This document shows positions 17,431-24,274 of a stretch of 64,000 nt of DNA, piece after piece. The DNA lies in the IMG/VR virus record IMGVR_UViG_3300045391_004889, positions 1 to 64,000 of that record; one strand, written 5' to 3'. The translations under genes and the position numbers were made by a program. A model generated the notes under the pieces. That model saw only the letters and a program-made list of their open reading frames with translations, ran no database searches and had not been told where the DNA came from. The DNA comes from a virus. Numbering within the stretch: position 1 is the stretch's first letter; each line of letters starts with the position of its first letter.

Positions 17431-18165
17431 GTGAAGCTCAACCAGGTCGTCGCTCTCGAGGCGGGTCTCAAGACCCGAACCGAGAAGGCGGTCACGGAGG
17501 ATTACCACCTGCTGCAGAAGGCGAACCTGTTCGCCGGCTTCAGCAAGACCTACCGACCGAAGGACGAGGACGGCGACAAGCTGCCCCCGGAGCGTCAGGT
17601 GGTCCAGCAGAACGTGGAGACGCTGCTCAAGCACTCCGCGGACGTGCTGACCAACCTGCTCGACGTGCAGTACACGAAGGACGTCGCCAACACCGCGGCG
17701 AGTGCCGACGTCGTCATCGACGGCGAGACGCTCATCGAGGACGCGCCGGTGCCCTTCCTGCTCACGCTCAAGAAGCAGCTGATCCACTGGCGCACTGTCG
17801 TCGGCAAGCTGCCTCTGACGGATCCGAGCGAGGTGTGGGACTACGACACCGCCACCGACCAGTGGCGAACGCAGCCTGTCGACACCACGCGCAGCAAGAA
17901 GGTCCTGAAGAACCACGTCAAGGCCGAGGCCACCGACCGGCACCCGGCTCAGGTCGACACGTACACCGTCGACGAGATCGTCGGCACCTGGAGCACCACG
18001 CGTCTCTCCGGCGCCGTGCACCTGGTCCGTCAGCGCGAGCTCGTGGACCGCGTCAACAAGCTCATCGACGCGGTCGACCTGGCGGTCGAGGAGGCCAACC
18101 ACCTCGACGTCGAGCAGAAGAAGGTCGTGGGCGCCGCCTTCGCCTTCCTGCTCGGCAGCGAGTAG
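17431..18165 (+). CDS. Conserved coiled-coil/beta-hairpin protein of unknown function; candidate RNA-binding partner of the downstream RNAs
   Basis: GTG start with SD AGGAA and -10 TATACT at 17364-17369; KLNQVVALE...KTYRPKDEDG..LPPE...ADVVIDG...HPAQV...SGA matches a widespread uncharacterised bacterial/phage family from recall. Confidence 0.85.
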   Translation: MKLNQVVALEAGLKTRTEKAVTEDYHLLQKANLFAGFSKTYRPKDEDGDKLPPERQVVQQNVETLLKHSADVLTNLLDVQYTKDVANTAASADVVIDGETLIEDAPVPFLLTLKKQLIHWRTVVGKLPLTDPSEVWDYDTATDQWRTQPVDTTRSKKVLKNHVKAEATDRHPAQVDTYTVDEIVGTWSTTRLSGAVHLVRQRELVDRVNKLIDAVDLAVEEANHLDVEQKKVVGAAFAFLLGSE

Positions 18166-18176
18166 CACCACAACCT

Positions 18177-18215
18177 GGTCATCACCCCACCGTTTGGTAG
18201 GGTGGGGTGATGACC
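18177..18215 (+). terminator. Perfect 15-bp hairpin after the coiled-coil gene (terminator or processing site)
   Basis: GGTCATCACCCCACC-N9-GGTGGGGTGATGACC; no U-tract. Confidence 0.55.
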
Positions 18216-18221
18216 GCCCAC

Positions 18222-18355
18222 GGACGCGGGCAGCCCGTCAGGTGCCCCCACACCATCACGGTCGTTGTTCCCCCACGGCGACTAGGTGAAGAGCAGGCGA
18301 CTCTTGGTCGAGGTCACGCCGCTCCCTGACCCTGGTGCGAGTCCAGGCGCGTCCA
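18222..18355 (+). ncRNA. tRNA-framed RNA with large internal insert
   Basis: GGACGCG/CGCGTCC-A acceptor; T-like arm CCTGG-TGCGAGT-CCAGG; internal hairpins. Confidence 0.6.
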
Positions 18356-18359
18356 CTCG

Positions 18360-18580
18360 GTACTTTGGTGCCAACACACAACTCAACAGTGTGCTCACAG
18401 ACTCCCGGTTGAGCGACCGGGTGCCCGAGAGGGCAAAGCTGAAGCTGAAACTGAAGCTCAGCGGGACACGTAAAGGTGCAGGTTCGAGCCCTGCCCTCGG
18501 CACTCATGCCGAGGTAGCCCAACTGGTAGAGGCAGCGTGCCGCGTCAAGCTCAGACTCTCGCTCCAGCTTGAAGCAGTAC
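18360..18580 (+). ncRNA. Structured RNA with permuted tRNA module flanked by phased NNNCTN hexamers
   Basis: GTACT/AGTAC closure; T-arm GCAGG-TTCGAGC-CCTGC, CCTCGGCA-CTCA-TGCCGAGG, D-arm TAGCCCAACTGGTAGAGGC; flanks AAGCTG AAGCTG AAACTG AAGCTC and AAGCTC AGACTC TCGCTC CAGCTT. Confidence 0.8.
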
Positions 18581-18729
18581 GAGGCGATCACAATCTACCT
18601 GGCCTGATCAACCGTCGAGAGATGCGGGTTCGAATCCCGTCCGGACCACTACGAGGTTCGGTGGCCGTAACGGCAACGGCGCATGACGTAAATCTAAAGC
18701 AGGCCAAACCGTGTGTGGTCGATCGCGTC
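18581..18729 (+). ncRNA. Second permuted-tRNA RNA of the coiled-coil locus
   Basis: GCGATC/GATCGC and TGGCCTG/CAGGCCA stems; GCGGG-TTCGAAT-CCCGT, CCGGACC-ACTACGA-GGTTCGG, D-arm GCCGT-AACGGCA-ACGGC; AATCTA on both sides. Confidence 0.8.
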
Positions 18730-18733
18730 ATCA

Positions 18734-18806
18734 CCATTGATAGCGCAACTGGTAGCGCGTCAGCCTTGAAAGCTGAAGGATGCGGGTTCGAGTCCCGCTC
18801 AATCTA
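18734..18806 (+). tRNA. Atypical or pseudo tRNA, anticodon TGA, defective acceptor end
   Basis: Normal D, anticodon (TCAGC-CTTGAAA-GCTGA) and T arms, but only a 5-bp acceptor ATTGA/TCAAT and no long variable arm. Confidence 0.6.
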
Positions 18807-18851
18807 TAACACAGGACGGCGCCTGCAAGGTTAGGCGGGTGCCGTCCGCCA

Positions 18852-18924
18852 GGGTCCATAGCTCCAACGGTAGAGCGGCTGCTTTGCAAGCAGATGGTTG
18901 CCAGTTCAAATCTGGCTGGATCCA
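18852..18924 (+). tRNA. tRNA-Ala(TGC)
   Basis: GGGTCCA/TGGATCC with G3:U70; loop TTTGCAA. Confidence 0.85.
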
Positions 18925-19066
18925 CGGTCCACCGTGGTTGTAAATCACGGCCTAGACCAGGGAGGCCTCACCCTGGGACTACAACGAGGCGCAAGTCGCT
19001 AAAGGTCCTGTGCACGGGATCTCGTACACCAGGTGTGGCTCACCTGGGGCGCACAACGAGCCACAC

Positions 19067-19139
19067 GGATCCATAGCTCAGTTGGTAGAGCAGGGGGCTC
19101 TTAACCCTCATGTCGCTGGTTCGAGTCCAGCTGGATTCA
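19067..19139 (+). tRNA. tRNA-Lys(CTT)
   Basis: Cloverleaf; loop CTCTTAA. Confidence 0.9.
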
Positions 19140-19140
19140 C

Positions 19141-19274
19141 GTTGCGGTTCGTTCAAGGCCACCTCGGTGGCGCTGGGACGTCGCGTCGAGGGCGCCCTCG
19201 AGCTCACGCGATGACTCAGTAGGACCCCGGTTGTTAGCCGGGAGATGGTGGTTGGAGTCCACCACCGCAGCCCA
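19141..19274 (+). ncRNA. tRNA-Asn(GTT)-like RNA with ~60-nt structured insertion in the D-loop
   Basis: GTTGCGGT/ACCGCAGC + CCA; D-stem GTTC/GGAC encloses nested hairpins; CCCGG-TTGTTAG-CCGGG; T-arm GGTGG-TTGGAGT-CCACC. Confidence 0.7.
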
Positions 19275-19347
19275 GGGACTGTAGCTCAGCCGGTAGAGCA
19301 CTCCTCTGAAAAGGGAGAACGCGGTGGTTCGACTCCACTCGGTCCCA
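19275..19347 (+). tRNA. tRNA-Phe(GAA)
   Basis: GGGACTG/CGGTCCC; CTCCT-CTGAAAA-GGGAG. Confidence 0.9.
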
Positions 19348-19439
19348 CGTGCCACATACCGCTTCGGCGGGGTGGGAAGACGGCTGGTCACCGGGCACAC
19401 CTGACCCCTCGGCGCTGAGTCACGCCAGCGTCGAGGCTC

Positions 19440-19511
19440 GCCCCAGTAGCTCAGTGGTAGAGCAACCGCCTCGTAAGCGGTAGGTCGCAGGTTCAATCCC
19501 TGCTTGGGGCT
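19440..19511 (+). tRNA. tRNA-Thr(CGT)
   Basis: GCCCCAG/TTGGGGC; ACCGC-CTCGTAA-GCGGT. Confidence 0.9.
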
Positions 19512-19514
19512 CGC

Positions 19515-19734
19515 TGTACGGTGCAGCGTTCTGACACACGTTTGGGATCATGACCCCACTGGCCGGTGGGGAAAGACATCGCCGAATGGGCGGTCGGACG
19601 AAAACCGGTGGTAAGCGATGGCGGGCTCGAGACCGTCATCGGCTCGTGGTAGGGGCAGTTCGGTGCGGTAACAGACCTCCGTGTCGGCTGTGGCCAGGGC
19701 AGACGTGTCAGGGGTTCGAACCCTCACCGAGCAC
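19515..19734 (+). ncRNA. Large tRNA-framed RNA with nested degenerate permuted module
   Basis: CGGTG/CACCG, TGACAC.ACGTTTG/CAGACGTGTCA, terminal T-like GGGGTTCGAACCCT; internal GATGGCGG-GCTCGAGA-CCGTCATC followed by D-like TAGGGGCAGTTCGGT. Confidence 0.55.
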
Positions 19735-19742
19735 AAAGGGTG

Positions 19743-19771
19743 TTTACAAACGCACCCGGAGCTGGTAGAGT
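19743..19771 (+). promoter_or_regulatory. Promoter (TTTACA-N17-TAGAGT)
   Basis: Recurrent promoter family. Confidence 0.75.
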
Positions 19772-19806
19772 AGTTCTTGTCAGGAAGTAGGAAGCGAACA
19801 GAGAGG

Positions 19807-20199
19807 ATGAGCGTGAGACTCACGAAGATCGCGGTTACCGTGACCGCAGCTGTGGGCCTGGCCATCGGATTCGCAGGTTCGGCCTCCGCCTCGGCGGACG
19901 GTCCCCTGCTGTGCAACCCGACCAACGCCTCGTGCAACTGGTTCCAGAGCAACGGCGACGTGGTCTGGATCAAGGACATGGCGTGCGACAACCGAGCCGC
20001 CGCCGCTCAGGTCGAGATCCCCGCCGTGGGCATCTACGACGACATCTTCAATCACGCCGGCTGCGGTTCCAGCTGGGGGTACAGCTACGGCACCCGGGTT
20101 CCCGAGGGCTCGACGGTGTACTACCGTCCGTGCATCGGGAACGCCACCGGGACGGACGTCGTGGACTGCAACTCCGGCTGGACGCACGGCACCGCGTGA
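19807..20199 (+). CDS. Secreted small Cys-containing protein
   Basis: Signal peptide MSVRLTKIAVTVTAAVGLAIGFAGSASA; six Cys; FxSNGDVVWIKDxxxD. Confidence 0.8.
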   Translation: MSVRLTKIAVTVTAAVGLAIGFAGSASASADGPLLCNPTNASCNWFQSNGDVVWIKDMACDNRAAAAQVEIPAVGIYDDIFNHAGCGSSWGYSYGTRVPEGSTVYYRPCIGNATGTDVVDCNSGWTHGTA

Positions 20200-20315
20200 A
20201 CACGGTCCTCGTCGCGGCAAACCAGGGTGACAACCTGGGCTGGCCGGACGTCATCGTGGTTCTCGGGTTGTTCGCGCTGATCGGATTCCTCTCCTGGGTC
20301 TGGTTCCGCGACTGA
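20196..20315 (+). CDS. Tiny membrane protein
   Basis: GTGA overlap; one TM helix. Confidence 0.55.
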   Translation: MNTVLVAANQGDNLGWPDVIVVLGLFALIGFLSWVWFRD

Positions 20316-20326
20316 TCAACAGTGGA

Positions 20327-20562
20327 CTGGGGCTCACCAGGCCCTCTCGCCTTACGGTGGAGAGGATACCGGGTGAGTGGTGGCACGAGCCCAGGTGTAC
20401 GGGTGTGGAACCGTAATGAAGGACCCCCGGACCGCCCTGTAGGCGCCGGCGTGTGGTATTGTGATCTCGACCTGGTTCACAACCAGGCAACGAGTGTACC
20501 GCCCCTTGGTGGAGAGGGAGCCGAGTGAAGTCCGCCGTCCGGGGGACTACCCGAAAGGTACA
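20327..20562 (+). ncRNA. Structured intergenic RNA candidate
   Basis: Multiple long stems (CCTCTC/GAGAGG, CCCCCGGAC/GTCCGGGGG, CCTGGTT/AACCAGG, TACC-CGAAA-GGTA); no credible ORF. Confidence 0.45.
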
Positions 20563-20571
20563 ACTCAATAG

Positions 20572-20645
20572 TGGGGTGTAGCTCAGTTGGTTAGAGCGTC
20601 GCTCTGATAAAGCGAAGGTCAGTGGTTCGAGTCCACTCATCCCAA
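20572..20645 (+). tRNA. tRNA-Ile(GAT)
   Basis: TGGGGTG/CATCCCA; TCGCT-CTGATAA-AGCGA. Confidence 0.9.
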
Positions 20646-20802
20646 CGGCCGGTACCTGCGGAAACCCTTACTCCGCCTGGGTACGGGGAGGCCAACTTCG
20701 GTGACCCGCGTCGCGGCGCTCCCGATGCAAGATCCCCGTACGCTCGTAGTAGGCGAGCCCGGCACTTTCATCACCAGGAATGACCAGGAACGAGGAGTCA
20801 AC

Positions 20803-21393
20803 GTGACCGACGTCATCATCAAGCAGTACCTGGACGCCTACGACGGCGCTCTCGCGACGTTCAACGAGGGCAAGGAGAAGCTCACCCAGAAGTACGACGA
20901 GCAGCGCCGTACCCTGGGCTACCTGCCCGACGAGTTCTACGACGAGCTGAACGTCCTGGAGAGCGCGCGCAACAACACGCGGCGTGAGGCGTGGGAGGTG
21001 CTCGACACCTCCGAGGACAAGCTCGTCAAGTTCATCTACGCCGAGTGCAAGCAGTACATGCCCGAGGCGTCGAAGGTGCTCCGCGAGCTGCCGGCCACCT
21101 ACACCCAGCTCGAGGAGTTCGCGGACGGGCAGGGCTGGTGCGGGACGTGGAACACGTTCCTGGACCGCGCGGTGGCGGCCGGCGCGGTCAAGATCGACGA
21201 GCTGCCGCAGCGTTACGCGGTCCGGACGTGGCTGACGAACGGCTACGGCATGCACCGCGAGAACGTCACTGAGCTGATGAAGCGCGTGGACGCGTACGCC
21301 GGTGCCGCGGTCAACGCGGCGCTGGAGGCGCACGGCATCAAGGCCGTCGAGGCGGTCGTCGACCCGGAGACGGTCAACGTCTCGCAGGTCTGA
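20803..21393 (+). CDS. Hypothetical helical protein
   Basis: GTG start with SD GAGGAG; strongly biased codons. Confidence 0.8.
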   Translation: MTDVIIKQYLDAYDGALATFNEGKEKLTQKYDEQRRTLGYLPDEFYDELNVLESARNNTRREAWEVLDTSEDKLVKFIYAECKQYMPEASKVLRELPATYTQLEEFADGQGWCGTWNTFLDRAVAAGAVKIDELPQRYAVRTWLTNGYGMHRENVTELMKRVDAYAGAAVNAALEAHGIKAVEAVVDPETVNVSQV

Positions 21394-21441
21394 GCACCAC
21401 CCGCGCCCACCTGGTACGATGTGCCAGGTGGGCGCACTCTC

Positions 21442-21546
21442 GGGAGGAAATGGCAGTACACGGTTCGAATCCGTGGTTGCATGGCGCATGGGCGTGGCCC
21501 GAATAGGCTGATCACCGCTGGGCGGGTTCAATTCCCGCCCCTCCCA
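21442..21546 (+). ncRNA. tRNA-like RNA with two T-arms
   Basis: GGGAGG/CCTCCC-A; inner CACGG-TTCGAAT-CCGTG; outer GGCGGG-TTCAATT-CCCGCC. Confidence 0.6.
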
Positions 21547-21575
21547 CTCAGCAACACTCGCATCAGAGGAGCACG

Positions 21576-21938
21576 ATGGCGCGCAGCGACGCCTTCATCT
21601 ACCGCCAGTGGTGGAAGCACCCGTTCCGGGTCCTCGAGCACCGGCGAGAACGTGCTCGAAGAGGCTTCTCACGTTACGACGTCTGGAGCCTGGACGGATA
21701 CCTGGCTCAGGTCATCGCAGACAGTCTCAGGGAGCTGAGGCTGAACGGTCACGGCTACCCGGGCACGTTCAACAACCAGGACGAGTGGTCCAAGGTCCTT
21801 CTGGGGATCGAGACGCCACTCCGCATCTGGGCGGAGACACACCACGACATGGACCTCGACGAGGAGGACCGTTGGATGGAGCGGTGCCACGAGTCGTTGA
21901 AGTTGCTCAACGAGTACTTCTTCGGGTTGTGGGACTGA
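21576..21938 (+). CDS. Conserved phage hypothetical protein
   Basis: DVWSLDGYLAQVI...HGYPG...EYFFGLWD motif; SD GAGGAG. Confidence 0.75.
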   Translation: MARSDAFIYRQWWKHPFRVLEHRRERARRGFSRYDVWSLDGYLAQVIADSLRELRLNGHGYPGTFNNQDEWSKVLLGIETPLRIWAETHHDMDLDEEDRWMERCHESLKLLNEYFFGLWD

Positions 21939-21944
21939 TTCGTT

Positions 21945-21973
21945 TGGACAAGTGTGCTCAACGGTGATACAGT
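21945..21973 (+). promoter_or_regulatory. Promoter (TGGACA-N17-TACAGT)
   Basis: Recurrent promoter family. Confidence 0.75.
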
Positions 21974-22015
21974 CTTCTCAGCAGCAAGGAACAGGAAGCG
22001 AACAGGAAGAGCGTG

Positions 22016-23077
22016 ATGAAGAACACCAAGGTGATCGTCGTCATGCCGGCACACAACGAGGAAGACCTCATCCGACAGTCCGTCGAGGCGCTCAAAGCGC
22101 AGACGAGGCCGCCGGACGAGATCGTCGTGTCGGCAGACAACTGCACGGACAAGACGGAGCTGCTCGCTCTCAAGGCGGGCGCTCACGTGCTGCCGACCAG
22201 GGGGAACACTCACAAGCGCGCCGGCGCGGTGAACTATCAGCTGCGGTGGCTGCTGGGCGCCCTGGATGACCGAGACATCATCATCATCGTGGACGCGGAC
22301 ACCAAGTTGGAGTCCACGTTCCTGGAGAACGCGGAGAAGCTGCTCCGTCGGCGTTACGACGCCATCGGACCGGTCTTCGACGCTGAACCCACGTGGAGCC
22401 TGCTGGAGCAGCTCCAACACAACGAGTACGTGCGGTACTCCAGGATGACGGATCGTCGCAACGGACGCACGCTGAACCTCTCGGGTGCCGCGCAGGCACT
22501 GCGGGTGGGAACCATCCGTGCGGTCGTTGAGGCTCGTCGTCGCGGTGAGCTTCCCGGTAAGCCGGAGATGTACAACCTCGACGCGATCAGCGAGGACATG
22601 GAGCTGACCATCGCGGTCAAGCTGCTCGGTTTCCGCACCATCGCGTCGAAGAAGTGCCGGTGTGTCACCGACATGATGAAGACCCCGCAGACGCTGTGGA
22701 CCCAGCGCATCCGGTGGGTCCAGGGTGGCATGGTGGAGCTCAAGCGCTACGGTCGCAACAAGGTCACCGCGCCGATGATCCGTCGGCAGTGGGCGTCAGT
22801 CGCCAACGTGCTCTTCACCGCCGCCTGGGTGTCCTACAGCGCCGCTCTCACCTACCAGGTGGGGTGGCAGCGCTTCAACCTGACTGATCAGCCGTTTTGG
22901 CTGGGAGTCATCCTGTTCTTCTCCGCGGAGCGCGCCTTCACGGCTCGCAAGGCGGGTTGGCGTGGCGCTCTCGTGGGCGCCATGCTGCTGCCGGAGATGT
23001 TCTACGACATGTTTCGGCAGACCGTGTTCGTCACCTCTCTCGTGCGTCACCTCCGTGGCGTCGAGATCGAATGGTAG
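22016..23077 (+). CDS. GT2 processive glycosyltransferase (IcaA/PgaC-like) with C-terminal TM helices
   Basis: VVMPAHNEE, ADNCTDKT, VDADT (DxD), SED and QRIRW (QxxRW). Confidence 0.9.
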   Translation: MKNTKVIVVMPAHNEEDLIRQSVEALKAQTRPPDEIVVSADNCTDKTELLALKAGAHVLPTRGNTHKRAGAVNYQLRWLLGALDDRDIIIIVDADTKLESTFLENAEKLLRRRYDAIGPVFDAEPTWSLLEQLQHNEYVRYSRMTDRRNGRTLNLSGAAQALRVGTIRAVVEARRRGELPGKPEMYNLDAISEDMELTIAVKLLGFRTIASKKCRCVTDMMKTPQTLWTQRIRWVQGGMVELKRYGRNKVTAPMIRRQWASVANVLFTAAWVSYSAALTYQVGWQRFNLTDQPFWLGVILFFSAERAFTARKAGWRGALVGAMLLPEMFYDMFRQTVFVTSLVRHLRGVEIEW

Positions 23078-23091
23078 GAAGGAGTAGGAAC

Positions 23092-23256
23092 GTGTACACG
23101 ACCACAAGTGGAACTGTGGGTAGCGCCGGTGGCGGCGCCACCCTGGCGATGACCGGCGGGGGCAACTCTCTGACCGTGTTCTTCGTGGCTCTCGCGTGTG
23201 CGGCCGTCGGCTTCGCGCTGTTCAACCTGGCACCTCGTATCCGGCGGGGTCGCTAA
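23092..23256 (+). CDS. Small peptide with LAxTG-like sorting signal, TM helix and basic tail
   Basis: LAMTG-GGNSLTVFFVALACAAVGFALFNL-APRIRRGR; strong SD. Confidence 0.65.
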   Translation: MYTTTSGTVGSAGGGATLAMTGGGNSLTVFFVALACAAVGFALFNLAPRIRRGR

Positions 23257-23263
23257 GACCACA

Positions 23264-23302
23264 TCGCGAGAGCCCCGTGGGAAACCCCGCGGGGCTCTCG
23301 CG
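23264..23302 (+). terminator. Terminator hairpin
   Basis: CGCGAGAGCCCCG...CGGGGCTCTCGCG followed by TTT. Confidence 0.7.
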
Positions 23303-23351
23303 TTTGGTAAGCTGAACTGTCTCATCAGGCAAGGAAGCGAGGAGGAACATC

Positions 23352-23954
23352 GTGCCCAGGTACGGCTACGACATTCGCGTCACCGGTAAGATCTCCATCG
23401 AGCCGCCTCTCAGCTGGCCTGAGATCCGGGACAACCCGGTGGTTCGCGGACTGGAGCCCGTCACCCGTCGGAACAGTCGCACCGCTCGTCGGAACCTCGA
23501 CGCGCGGGTGCAGGTGGACGAGGTGGAGGTGGACACCCCGCACGGCATGCTCATCCGCCGAGAGGGTGTGGCCATCGTGCCCAGTCAGAACGGGGCATTC
23601 GCCGCGTATGACCTGGCGAGTGACGTGGAGCTCATCGCCTCAACGTTTCCGGATCACGCCTTCCGTGGCTACCTGGAGTGCCGGTCTGAGGAGGACGTGT
23701 GGCGCGTGATCATTCGAGACGGCAAGGCCACCGAGGTTCGCCCCGGTGCCGCGTGGCCTCACGAGAGTGAGGACGTGGCTCGGAAGATCGCCACTCGCAT
23801 CCGAGCGGAGCTCGTCTGCTGTCACATCTACGAGCGAGTCAACGTCGCCAAGGAGCTGACGCTTCGGGAGGCGATGGACAGCCCGGAGTGGCACGACCTG
23901 TGCTACTGGGGTGAGGCTGCCGCTCGTCTCGCGGATGAGGAGGCGGGGCAGTGA
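23352..23954 (+). CDS. Hypothetical protein
   Basis: SD GAGGAGG; 200 aa. Confidence 0.7.
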   Translation: MPRYGYDIRVTGKISIEPPLSWPEIRDNPVVRGLEPVTRRNSRTARRNLDARVQVDEVEVDTPHGMLIRREGVAIVPSQNGAFAAYDLASDVELIASTFPDHAFRGYLECRSEEDVWRVIIRDGKATEVRPGAAWPHESEDVARKIATRIRAELVCCHIYERVNVAKELTLREAMDSPEWHDLCYWGEAAARLADEEAGQ

Positions 23955-24274
23955 CACGCTTCGTCAGTCTCAAGGACGCGTACTGCTTGTACCACCAACT
24001 GCTCTGGACCGAGTGCACCATGGCGCTCCTCGCGTCCGGGACGGCACTGCTCGGGCTGTTCTGGGGGACGATCCCGTGCCTGGTAGCCTGGGCCCTGCTC
24101 GAACGCTCTCGCAGGCGCTACAGGGACCTCTTCTGGTCCCAGGCAGTTGCCCTGCACAACGCTCAGGACGAGGGCGAACCCGAGATCTACGAGTTCATGA
24201 CCAAGCGAGACCGAGACAAGCACGCCAGGCTGGCCTTGGCCAGCTGGGTGCCGGAGGAGGAAGAGGAAGGATGA
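23951..24274 (+). CDS. Hypothetical membrane protein
   Basis: Coupled ORF with a hydrophobic segment. Confidence 0.6.
   Translation: MTRFVSLKDAYCLYHQLLWTECTMALLASGTALLGLFWGTIPCLVAWALLERSRRRYRDLFWSQAVALHNAQDEGEPEIYEFMTKRDRDKHARLALASWVPEEEEEG

Noticed and set aside
18286-18834. 182-aa ORF containing KLKLKLKL
   Set aside because: It runs through three or four structured tRNA-like RNAs, has no clear SD and has atypical codons. The hexamer repeat is better explained as an RNA motif. Both hexamer tracts are in frame as x-Leu, so a peptide cannot be fully excluded without ribosome profiling.
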